NCBI GenBank assembly: GCA_964551015.1
Contig: CAZKBP010000003.1
Span: 21,327-85,326 of the forward strand
Source of the DNA: an uncultured Cytophagaceae bacterium
GTDB taxonomy: Bacteria; Bacteroidota; Bacteroidia; Cytophagales; Microscillaceae
DNA length: 64,000 nt
Direction: 5' to 3'
Within the stretch, counting starts at the first letter, position 1; the number at the start of each line of letters is the position of its first letter. The position numbers were made by a program, and so were the translations under genes. Shown in pieces: positions 18,957-27,363 of the stretch. A model generated the notes under the pieces. That model was given only the letters and a program-made list of their open reading frames with translations. It was not told the origin of the DNA and did not search any database.

Positions 18957-20507
18957 ATGAAAAGTAGATTTATGAAAAAAGTCGCTTACTTCCTCCTCTT
19001 CATTCCTCATTTACTCTGGCCTCAATGGAGCAAAAGCCAAGATTTTGCTTTTTCACAATACTGGAATTCCCCATCCCTGACCAACCCTGCTGCCATTTTA
19101 CAAAGTTCAGCGGCACAAATACGCTTGAATTATCGTTACCAAGAGCTTCCTACCGGAGATTTTTATAGTACTGCGCTCCTTAGTGGCATTTATCCACTTT
19201 TGAATCAGCAAAAAGCCCAGCCCTGGGGAGCTATTTCACTTTCTTTACTCCGAGACAATCAGGGAGGGCTGAGCCAAACGAATGGAGTCTTAGCCGGAGC
19301 CGCTTATCGTATTTATTTTTTGAACAGTGAGCTAAACTTTGGTCTACAAGGTGGATTTTTCCAAAGACACATTGGAGACGATACCTACAGAACCGATAGC
19401 CAGTTTACGTCGAGTGGTTTTGATCCGAATTTGCCCATCCAAGAAAGTTTAGTGGGAATCAATACCTACTATGGCTTGGTGAGTACAGGTTTACAATGGA
19501 CACAGAGGGACGAAAAAGAAACTCCTCTCTGGTGGCTGGGAGTGGCTTGGCAGAATATAAATCGCCCTACGCTCAACGAGTTGGAAGGATTTACGGAATC
19601 CTTTCGCTTACCGAGTTATTTTACGGGAACAGGCGGTTTTCGACTTTGGTCGGATGCACGTTGGAGTATTAGTCCTCAATTTCGCTGGATCAATCGCTTG
19701 GATTTCAATTATTTACACTTGGGTGCAGACTTCAGTTATCACCTAGATGCGAATGCTGCTTTGAAAAAGCTTGGTGATCTGCACTTTGGTGCTTGGTATT
19801 ATACGAATCAAGCGGTTTTATTGGCCTTCACTTGGGATCAGCCTAAATTCCTGCTGACTTTTAGTTACGATGTAGCTCTGGGAGAAGAGAGCCGTGTTTG
19901 GTTGGGGAATGGTGCCTTGGAACTGACGCTGGGCTTAAAAATAGCACGCAGACCCGCTCGGAAAGAAGACAAAGATTTTTTTATAGAAGATGCCGTAGGA
20001 GCTATTCTCGAGCAAGGCAAAGCACTGGTCAAGCAAGAACCTGACTCAACGGTATCGATGAGCCCCTCCCCAGAAGATTCCATATCCAAGCCAATCAGAG
20101 ATACTATTCCTCCCGCAAAAGATACGAATAACTTAGCCCTGACCGAGACTGTAGCTGATGATTCGCTGGCAGAAGAAGAGGTGACCATTCGCTTGGCTGC
20201 CTTGGATTTTCCTGATCTGAAACTCAGATTTAGCAATGTTGAAAATCGCCTCACCCCCACCTCGCTAAAAAATATTGATGAACTTGCCCAATCCTTAGTC
20301 TACTACGAGGATACAGAAATTGAGATTGTTACCTATGAACCCGTGGAGGCTCTGATCCAAAATTTAGGTAAACGAATGAAAAATTACCTGATTGAGAGGG
20401 GAGTGAAGGGCAAAAATATTTTCTTAAAAATAGGCAACCGAGATCAACTGCCCGAAGCAGAGAAAACAAATACGGAATACACAATCATTGAAATCAAAAC
20501 AAAATAA
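18957..20507 (+). CDS. PorP/SprF-family T9SS outer-membrane protein with a C-terminal extension (possibly a degenerate OmpA-like domain)
   Basis: N-terminus ...SKSQDFAFSQYWNSPSLTNPAA matches the PorP/SprF signature (QDPQFSQY..NP..NPA). It is immediately downstream (4-nt gap) of a type-B C-terminal-domain cargo gene, the canonical arrangement. 516 aa is about 170 aa longer than typical. Confidence 0.65.
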   Translation: MKSRFMKKVAYFLLFIPHLLWPQWSKSQDFAFSQYWNSPSLTNPAAILQSSAAQIRLNYRYQELPTGDFYSTALLSGIYPLLNQQKAQPWGAISLSLLRDNQGGLSQTNGVLAGAAYRIYFLNSELNFGLQGGFFQRHIGDDTYRTDSQFTSSGFDPNLPIQESLVGINTYYGLVSTGLQWTQRDEKETPLWWLGVAWQNINRPTLNELEGFTESFRLPSYFTGTGGFRLWSDARWSISPQFRWINRLDFNYLHLGADFSYHLDANAALKKLGDLHFGAWYYTNQAVLLAFTWDQPKFLLTFSYDVALGEESRVWLGNGALELTLGLKIARRPARKEDKDFFIEDAVGAILEQGKALVKQEPDSTVSMSPSPEDSISKPIRDTIPPAKDTNNLALTETVADDSLAEEEVTIRLAALDFPDLKLRFSNVENRLTPTSLKNIDELAQSLVYYEDTEIEIVTYEPVEALIQNLGKRMKNYLIERGVKGKNIFLKIGNRDQLPEAEKTNTEYTIIEIKTK

Positions 20508-20657
20508 GAATCATCTACCAGAATTATTCACAAAAAGCTAAAATTAATTAAAAAACCAAGGGTTAAATTTGTATATTACAATGCAAAAGGTCTTGTTCAT
20601 ATTTGGTAGTCCACGAAAACGAACAATGGCCTTGTAGCGTTATTGCTCGGCAAAAAG

Positions 20658-22328
20658 ATGGCTCATATCAAAAAAATACTGTTTATCTGGATTTTGATCC
20701 TACCAGGATGGATTTCGCATCTCCTTGCCCAAGCTGATACAATTCGCTTGAGTATTGTAGATGAACAGACCAAAGAAAAAGTAGGTGGAGCGAGCCTAAC
20801 CGTAGAAGACCATCGCATTCAAGTGAACCCCAGCATCCTCGCAGGAGAGTTCTTATTGATCTACAACCGAAAGGATCAACTTCCTAAACTCGTGAATATC
20901 AGCGTACAGGTACCGGGCAATGCAAGTCGGATGAAAGGACGCATCCCTCTGAACCGATCATCTATAGAAATTCCTGTCCGCATCCCCCGACTAGAACAAG
21001 AAAGTGAGCAACTCGCCAAGACCAAATCTAAGTCTGAACCGCAAGACCCAACAAATACCAACCCAGCCAAACCCACGGAACCTAACCAAAAGAACGCAAA
21101 AAAAAACTTGACCGAGCGTCTGGCAGATAAAAAAGGAAGCACCAAAGCTACCTCCGAAGAGAACAAATCTACCCAAGAAATTTCATCCGAATCCAAAGGG
21201 GTGATTAGCTCCTTGGATCGAGCCGAAGATGCGCTCAACAAACTATTGACTGAGCAGGCTGACGAACAATTCCGGAAAGAATATACAAACATTCTGGTGG
21301 GTATCCGAGAAATTAGCCAAACCCTTGATTCCAAATTCACCATTTCCCAAGAGCGGAAAGACCGCTTCAACCAGCAGCTAGACTCTCTGGAGCAAAAACT
21401 GGCAGCACTGGTAATCAGAAGAAATGCAGAAATGGCTTCTTATGAAGAATTGCTTCAGAACGCTCGCACTGAACTCGAGAAAGCGCGGCGCTTACTAGAT
21501 GACGCCTGGGTACTGAGTACGCGCTTTATCATTTATACGATACTCGTCTTTTTGATTTCTCTTTCTCTGGCTGGGCTTTTTATATTTCTTTTCAATCGGA
21601 TAAGAAAACAGAAAAACGAATTAGCAGATTATTTACAAACAGTCAACCAACAGAGCGAAGAAATATTACAGCAAAACGAAGAAATTGCCGCACAGCGAGA
21701 CAAACTACAAGAGCTTTTCAATCAGCGAGAAATTTTACTCAAAGAAATTCACCATCGAGTTAAGAACAATCTGCAAACCATTGATAGTCTGCTGAATCTA
21801 CAATCTAAAACCATCGATGACCAAAAAGCCCTCTATGCCATCCGAGATGGTCAAAGCCGGGTGAAATCTATGGCACTCATCCACGAAAAGTTGTACGAGT
21901 CTGAAAATATGGAAAAAATTGACTTTCAAGACTATGTGCAGAAGCTATTAGACTATCTGGCCTATAGCTTTGATTCAGATGATAAAGAAATCCAATATCA
22001 AATCAATACGGAAAAAGTATTTTTTGATCTAGATCGTGCCACGAGCCTAGGTCTGATCATCAATGAATTAGTTTCTAATATTTATAAATATGCCTTCGTG
22101 AATCAAGACAAGGGAGAGATTCAGGTCGCCCTAACCACTACCCATCACCAAGGCTATTGCTTGATCGTGGCCGACAATGGAGTGGGACTGCCCCACGATA
22201 TAGACATTGAGAAAACCAAAACACTGGGCTTGAAACTAGTTAAGTGGCTGACCGAGCAACTGAAAGGCCAGTTGCGCGTAGAAAATCACGTGGGTAGTAA
22301 GTTTATCCTAGAGTTTAAGATGAGTTAG
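20658..22328 (+). CDS. Sensor histidine kinase, HisKA_2/HWE-type, with an extracytoplasmic N-terminal domain
   Basis: Signal/anchor, a roughly 270-aa periplasmic region with a low-complexity Lys/Glu/Thr-rich stretch, a TM helix, a coiled coil, the H-box EIHHRVKNNLQTIDSLLNLQS, then HATPase_c (LGLIINELVSNIYKYAF...DNGVGLP). Track start 20643 is TTG; ATG at 20658. Confidence 0.8.
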   Translation: MAHIKKILFIWILILPGWISHLLAQADTIRLSIVDEQTKEKVGGASLTVEDHRIQVNPSILAGEFLLIYNRKDQLPKLVNISVQVPGNASRMKGRIPLNRSSIEIPVRIPRLEQESEQLAKTKSKSEPQDPTNTNPAKPTEPNQKNAKKNLTERLADKKGSTKATSEENKSTQEISSESKGVISSLDRAEDALNKLLTEQADEQFRKEYTNILVGIREISQTLDSKFTISQERKDRFNQQLDSLEQKLAALVIRRNAEMASYEELLQNARTELEKARRLLDDAWVLSTRFIIYTILVFLISLSLAGLFIFLFNRIRKQKNELADYLQTVNQQSEEILQQNEEIAAQRDKLQELFNQREILLKEIHHRVKNNLQTIDSLLNLQSKTIDDQKALYAIRDGQSRVKSMALIHEKLYESENMEKIDFQDYVQKLLDYLAYSFDSDDKEIQYQINTEKVFFDLDRATSLGLIINELVSNIYKYAFVNQDKGEIQVALTTTHHQGYCLIVADNGVGLPHDIDIEKTKTLGLKLVKWLTEQLKGQLRVENHVGSKFILEFKMS

Positions 22329-22477
22329 CTCCATCCAAAACTGCCGTGATTTTATGGATTTCATCCGATGGAATTCCTTCCAAAGAGATGCTTGATAAGA
22401 TGAAATTATCAAGACCGAGCTTGTGCTTTATCTGTATCGAGATGACTTTTTAACAATTATTGGAAGACAAATACACT

Positions 22478-23173
22478 ATGTTTAAACTCAGAATCCTGAT
22501 CGTGGAGGACAATCGGATCGCCGCCGAAGACATTGCCTCCGACCTAGAAGACATGGGTTACGAAGTGGTTGGTAAGGCCATAGATGTAGATCAAGCTGTG
22601 GCCCATTTGGAGCAGGAAAGTCCTGACTTGGTGTTGGTAGATATTAACCTGGGAAGCGACGAAAGCGACCGAAGTGGTATTGATCTGGCAGAAATGATCA
22701 ACCAAAAATACAAATTGCCTTTCATTTACATGACTGGTTATAGTGATGTGGCTACCGTCTCCAAAGCCAAGCATACCAATCCTCACGCTTACTTGACTAA
22801 GCCAATCAAACGAAAAGAATTATATGCTAATATAGAAGTGGCTTTCAGCAGTTCTGCGAATTACCTGTTGATAAAAGACGGCCACTCGCACCGTAAAATC
22901 AAGCTCAAAGACATTCTCTGGTTACAGGCGGATGGGAATTATAAAAAAATTTATACCCAAGCGGATAAATTCCCCATCACAGCACGGATGAGCATGGAAG
23001 AACTAGAGGATAAATTACCCTCGCATCGCTTCCTGAGAATTCACAAATCTTATATCGTCAACATAGAATACATTGATGCGGTCAAGGGAGATTCCATTCA
23101 GGTTACCGAGCAGTTGCTGCCCGTGGGAAGGGCTTATCTTGAAAGAGTACAAAAAGCCTTGAATATCGTTTAA
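22478..23173 (+). CDS. LytTR-family response regulator (REC + LytTR DNA-binding domain)
   Basis: REC domain with phospho-acceptor Asp context (LRILIVEDN...VLVDINLG...). C-terminal LytTR pattern (IKLKDILWLQADGNYKKIYT...RIHKSYIVN). Track start 22460 is TTG; ATG at 22478. Confidence 0.85.
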   Translation: MFKLRILIVEDNRIAAEDIASDLEDMGYEVVGKAIDVDQAVAHLEQESPDLVLVDINLGSDESDRSGIDLAEMINQKYKLPFIYMTGYSDVATVSKAKHTNPHAYLTKPIKRKELYANIEVAFSSSANYLLIKDGHSHRKIKLKDILWLQADGNYKKIYTQADKFPITARMSMEELEDKLPSHRFLRIHKSYIVNIEYIDAVKGDSIQVTEQLLPVGRAYLERVQKALNIV

Positions 23174-23185
23174 TCCTAATCCATA

Positions 23186-23215
23186 AGGGTGGTTCGCGCT
23201 GATTAGAACCACTCT
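23186..23215. terminator. Candidate bidirectional terminator hairpin between convergent genes
   Basis: AGGGTGGTTC-gcgctgatta-GAACCACTCT, a 10-bp stem with one mismatch. Weak T run. Confidence 0.4.
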
Positions 23216-23223
23216 TTGCCGTC

Positions 23224-23763
23224 TTATATTTCCTCATACTCTACTTGCCCTTCCCTACCTTCCTTCTGCTTGACCTGATAATAGTACAAGCCCAAATAAC
23301 GCCAGCGATGATTGGAAAAAATCATCAACAAACGAAGCTTTAAGGTCTGATCCGGAAAATCAATATCGATGGTCTGCTGCCCTACCTGAATGCCTTGTTC
23401 TTTGATCCAAGTCCTAAAGTTGGCTTTTTTGAAATCTGCTTGTTTCAAATTCAGGTGACGATCTCGAGCCACTTGTAGAATATCCAAGAAAATTTCTTTT
23501 TCTTCTTTTAGCCTGACCTGCTCCGAGTAATAAGAACCCTTACTCATAAAACGCTTGAGACCTGGTACTAGCTCCATGAGCTTGTTCAACTCACGAATAT
23601 TTGCCCAGTAGGGGCCAGTTTGCTCAAAATTTCCTTCCTGTAAAGATTCCCAGTAAAAAATTCCCAAATCTTCAGGCGAGCTAGGCGTGCTTTGGGCACA
23701 AGCCTGCAAGCCGAGAGCCAAGACTAAATAGCTACTATATCGTAAAATTTGTTCTTTCATCAC
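23224..23763 (-). CDS. Hypothetical lipoprotein
   Basis: Signal peptide with lipobox-like LQAC. No recognisable catalytic motif. Confidence 0.4.
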   Translation of the reverse strand: MMKEQILRYSSYLVLALGLQACAQSTPSSPEDLGIFYWESLQEGNFEQTGPYWANIRELNKLMELVPGLKRFMSKGSYYSEQVRLKEEKEIFLDILQVARDRHLNLKQADFKKANFRTWIKEQGIQVGQQTIDIDFPDQTLKLRLLMIFSNHRWRYLGLYYYQVKQKEGREGQVEYEEI

Positions 23764-23886
23764 TCATTTTTCTTTTCTAGACGAAAAAAACAGCAGATGT
23801 TTTCAAAGTGCCAAAACTAACTTCTACCGCACTTCCCTGTTAAAAACTAAAGAAACTTTTTTAAAATATTGAAAGATCAAAATCTC

Positions 23887-24402
23887 ATGGATAAAGAAGC
23901 AGGACTAAGAGAACCCCTCCGAAAAATTACCAATGGATTTTATATCCTCACCACACGCAAAGATCAAGAAGAAATGAGTACGCGTGACAAAGACTACCTT
24001 GCCGCTGGAACCGTCAGTTGGGTAAGTCAAGTATCTTTCGAGCCGCCCATGGTGATGGTGGCCATTATGCAACAGACAGATTTGCACGAAACCGTGGAAA
24101 AAAGCCGAATCTTTGCCCTAAATATTCTTTCCAAAGCTCAGAAAGAAATGATTCCCGAGTTTGCTCGTGAAACTCAAATAGATCAGGCTCAAAAAACGCT
24201 CAACGGGCACGCCTACGAAAACAAAAAGACAGGTGCGCCTATTCTCAAAGAGGTTCCCGCTTATCTGGAGTGTGAAGTAACCGACCAAATCACTACGGGC
24301 GACCACGCTATCTACATTGGGAAAGTAGTACACCACGAAATCCGGAATGAAGACGCCGAACCACTCATGGAGTGGGAAACCGAATATCATTACGGCGGTT
24401 AA
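23887..24402 (+). CDS. Flavin reductase-like (FMN-binding split-barrel) family protein
   Basis: Pattern GFYILTTR...AAGTVSWVSQVSFEPPMVMVAI...GDHAIYIGKVV fits the flavin reductase-like domain. ATG at 23887 (track start 23869 is TTG). Confidence 0.55.
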   Translation: MDKEAGLREPLRKITNGFYILTTRKDQEEMSTRDKDYLAAGTVSWVSQVSFEPPMVMVAIMQQTDLHETVEKSRIFALNILSKAQKEMIPEFARETQIDQAQKTLNGHAYENKKTGAPILKEVPAYLECEVTDQITTGDHAIYIGKVVHHEIRNEDAEPLMEWETEYHYGG

Positions 24403-24464
24403 ACCATCAAAGCCTTTCAGGTCCGCGCTTCTCCAGCCAAAAGACCTGAAAGGTTGGTTAATCA

Positions 24465-25100
24465 TTATCTCAAAATCATCGATAATTCCTGACTATTCAC
24501 CAGAATTCTCCCACCACCTACAAAATATTTTTCGTAATAAGCCTGATCTAAGTGATCAATCTTGACTCCCTCCGAAGTCGTGGCATGGACAAAGTAGCCC
24601 TTTTGTAAATAAACGCCCACATGACTGATGCGCTCCTGCTCAATTTGGAAAAATACCATATCTCCTTCCTGTAAATCTGCTCTGGCAACGGGCTGGCAAG
24701 CATCGTACAGATCGTAAGCCGTTCGGGCAATCGGCAGGTCATACACTTGTCGATAAACTTGCTGTACAAAGCCAGAGCAATCCGTACCTGATTGACTACT
24801 CTCGGCGGAGGCATAAGGGGTATCTAACCAAGCCGATACCATGTCTAGTAGAGGTGGGTGGAAAGGTTCCGTTAGTTCTAGTCCTAGCTTCTCAGAATAC
24901 TCCTCAAAATCAGAAGATTTTTTTACCTGAGAAGAAAGTGAAAAGACGGGCTGAGGCTTTTCTACCACGGGCTTTGCTTCTACTTGCTCTTCGCTTGGGA
25001 TGGGGTGGGGGCTGTTTTTTTCTTTTTGAAAATAGGCCCAGGCGTACAATATTGTAAAGCAAACCAGCGCCGCGATATGCTTGTGCATACTTTCTTTCAT
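24465..25100 (-). CDS. NlpC/P60 (C40) family cell-wall peptidase, lipoprotein
   Basis: Catalytic Cys context DCSGFVQQVYRQV and downstream His (ISHVGVY), with a signal peptide. Confidence 0.75.
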   Translation of the reverse strand: MKESMHKHIAALVCFTILYAWAYFQKEKNSPHPIPSEEQVEAKPVVEKPQPVFSLSSQVKKSSDFEEYSEKLGLELTEPFHPPLLDMVSAWLDTPYASAESSQSGTDCSGFVQQVYRQVYDLPIARTAYDLYDACQPVARADLQEGDMVFFQIEQERISHVGVYLQKGYFVHATTSEGVKIDHLDQAYYEKYFVGGGRILVNSQELSMILR

Positions 25101-25314
25101 AGTGCTATTGGTTTTGTTTGTGTGAAGAATGTCACTATTTTATACTCCTAAGACGGAAAAAAGATGGGTTTTACGGAGCTTATTTGAGAAAAATACTAAC
25201 GAGGGGGTAGGGTTTAACTCGGTGTTAACAGCAGAGGCGTTGGGCGAAGAAAGCGGAGACAAACTGGCTCAGGAAATTTATAAATCCAGACAGGATGCTC
25301 CCTGAGATATTGAA

Positions 25315-25782
25315 TTATGAAATATATTTAATTTTTTCTTGATCTACCATCCAAATTAAATCATCCAAGCACGCAATTAAGGAGTAGCAAAGTAGCCCAG
25401 TGGAAGTTCTAAATTGTATGATTTCTTTATTAGTTAATTCGTAGGAAATTATGGTCTGTTCTTTACGTACTCCTTTAATGTCATCTAACAAGCTATTTTC
25501 AGCAATACCTTCCAGCTCTGTAATATTAACTTTTTTGGATACATTGGCAATTTTTGATATTACCCGATGAGTACTTATGAGATACCAATTTTGATCATCC
25601 CCGTAGTAGCTCAGAATTGGTAATTCTTCTTCCATCAGATTATATAACTTATCCATACTAGGAATTAGATTGTCGAGGTTTTGGTATAATACCGTCCCAT
25701 CCATCATAATTTCATCATTTGGCCAATACTTTCTCTTGATAGTCGTTACACATCTATGCTTAACGGTATGCGGTGTTTTCAT
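25315..25782 (-). CDS. Hypothetical protein, low-GC orphan
   Basis: 155-aa ORF. Local GC is about 30% versus about 45% for the window. No recognisable motif. Flanked by AT-rich non-coding DNA. Confidence 0.4.
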   Translation of the reverse strand: MKTPHTVKHRCVTTIKRKYWPNDEIMMDGTVLYQNLDNLIPSMDKLYNLMEEELPILSYYGDDQNWYLISTHRVISKIANVSKKVNITELEGIAENSLLDDIKGVRKEQTIISYELTNKEIIQFRTSTGLLCYSLIACLDDLIWMVDQEKIKYIS

Positions 25783-25957
25783 AATATCTTAGAAAATTGT
25801 TTGTGATGACACTTGTAATGGCCGCCACGTTCCCCCTGAAACTGGAACTTCGGGGCTATTAATTGAAAATTCTTAAATATTTTTATATTCAAGAAACACT
25901 CCTCTTTAAAAAATTGTATTAAATTTATATTTACGGAAGGAAAAATAGTAAGATAAA

Positions 25958-27241
25958 ATGGAAACCTACGCCAAAGCTTTAAGTTACGCCATTCCTGGTT
26001 TTATTCTCCTCATTATCATCGAGCACCTCGCCAGCCGACTGATGGGCAAGGAAATCAACCGAGGCTTTGACACCATTTCTAGCCTCAGCTCGGGCATGAC
26101 CAATACGCTCAAAAACTTGATGGGGCTTTCCGTGGTGATTCTTAGCTACGAGTGGATGGTCAGCCATTGGGCCTTGTTTGAAATCAAGTCTTCGGTGGCC
26201 TTGTATCTTCTGGCTTTTATCGGCTTGGATTTCGCGGGTTACTGGTCGCACCGCTTCAATCACGAGATCAATGTCTTTTGGAACCGCCACATTATCCACC
26301 ATAGTAGTGAGGAGTTTAACCTTTCTTGTGCCCTACGTCAAAATATCTCGGCGGTGATCGGTATTTATTTTTTCATGTACATCCCAATGGCCTTGATCGG
26401 GATTCCGGCTCAGGTCGTTGCTCTGGTGGCTCCCATCCACTTTTTTTCACAGTTTTGGTATCACACCCGTTTGATCAATCGCATGGGCTGGCTGGAACAT
26501 ATCATCGTTACGCCCTCTCATCACCGGGTGCACCACGCCATTAATCCCGAGTACATTGATAAGAATTACTCAGAAATCTTCATTGTCTGGGACAAGTGGT
26601 TTGGTACTTTCCAAGAGGAAAAGCCTGATATCCCACCCGTGTACGGGGTCAAAAAGCCCGTGCGCACCTGGAATCCTTTCTGGATTAATTTCATGCACCT
26701 CTGGATGATCGCGAGAGACGCTTGGTACACCCGAAGCTGGTGGGACAAAGTACGAGTCTGGTTCATGCCCACGGGCTGGCGACCCGAGGACGTGAAAAAA
26801 CGCTTCCCCGTAGAAATTACGGAAGCAAGTGAAGTCTACACCCGAGAAAAATACGCCACCGAGGCTACGCCGCTTTTCCTGGGCTGGTCTTGGTTTCAAT
26901 TGGTGCTGGCCAACGTGCTGATGTTTTACATGCTCGTGAACTTCGCGGAGTTTGCTTTTATTGACATTTTTCTTTATGCGGCTTTTTTGATGGTCTATGT
27001 CTTCGCCTACACCTCGGCCATGGACAAGCAACCTTGGGCTTGGGTAGCCGAACTTTGTAAAATGATCGCCGGATTTGCCTTGATTTATAAACTAGACGGC
27101 TGGTATGGTTTAGATCAATTCCTGCCCGGAGCCACTTGGGCAATGGCCGTGTATTTGGCCTTTTCCTTTGGGGCTTCGCTTTATTTTACCTTTGGAGAAA
27201 AGAATAAATCCGAGCAAGAAGAGGTTCTATTGTCTGCTTAA
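25958..27241 (+). CDS. Fatty acid hydroxylase / sterol desaturase superfamily membrane di-iron enzyme with an extra C-terminal membrane domain
   Basis: His boxes HRFNHEINVFWNRHIIHHS and HHRVHH. The first 250 aa are paralogous to the protein at 52938-53873. The C-terminal roughly 180 aa add 4-5 further TM helices. Confidence 0.7.
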   Translation: METYAKALSYAIPGFILLIIIEHLASRLMGKEINRGFDTISSLSSGMTNTLKNLMGLSVVILSYEWMVSHWALFEIKSSVALYLLAFIGLDFAGYWSHRFNHEINVFWNRHIIHHSSEEFNLSCALRQNISAVIGIYFFMYIPMALIGIPAQVVALVAPIHFFSQFWYHTRLINRMGWLEHIIVTPSHHRVHHAINPEYIDKNYSEIFIVWDKWFGTFQEEKPDIPPVYGVKKPVRTWNPFWINFMHLWMIARDAWYTRSWWDKVRVWFMPTGWRPEDVKKRFPVEITEASEVYTREKYATEATPLFLGWSWFQLVLANVLMFYMLVNFAEFAFIDIFLYAAFLMVYVFAYTSAMDKQPWAWVAELCKMIAGFALIYKLDGWYGLDQFLPGATWAMAVYLAFSFGASLYFTFGEKNKSEQEEVLLSA

Positions 27242-27363
27242 TCTTTGAGTAGGGTAGCGAGGGCTTCTTTGTCCGCTCATCATTTACGAAAAGTAGCAAA
27301 TGATTTCGCGAGATAAAGATGACCTGAACTTACAAGGACTGCTCTTTTTGAGGATGCTTCACG

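Noticed and set aside
20876-21370. 164-aa antisense ORF inside the histidine kinase gene. Similar antisense ORFs occur at 26570-27031, 41612-42127, 46674-47162, 10726-11038, 15237-15584, 59158-59658 and elsewhere.
   Set aside because: All are fully embedded in, and antisense to, long well-supported genes. They have odd compositions (Ser/Arg/Leu-rich) typical of shadow frames. There are no independent start or regulatory signals.
27242-27363. Terminator between the convergent sterol-desaturase-like gene and ppk.
   Set aside because: I could not find a convincing GC-rich stem followed by a T-tract in the 122-bp gap, so I do not annotate one.
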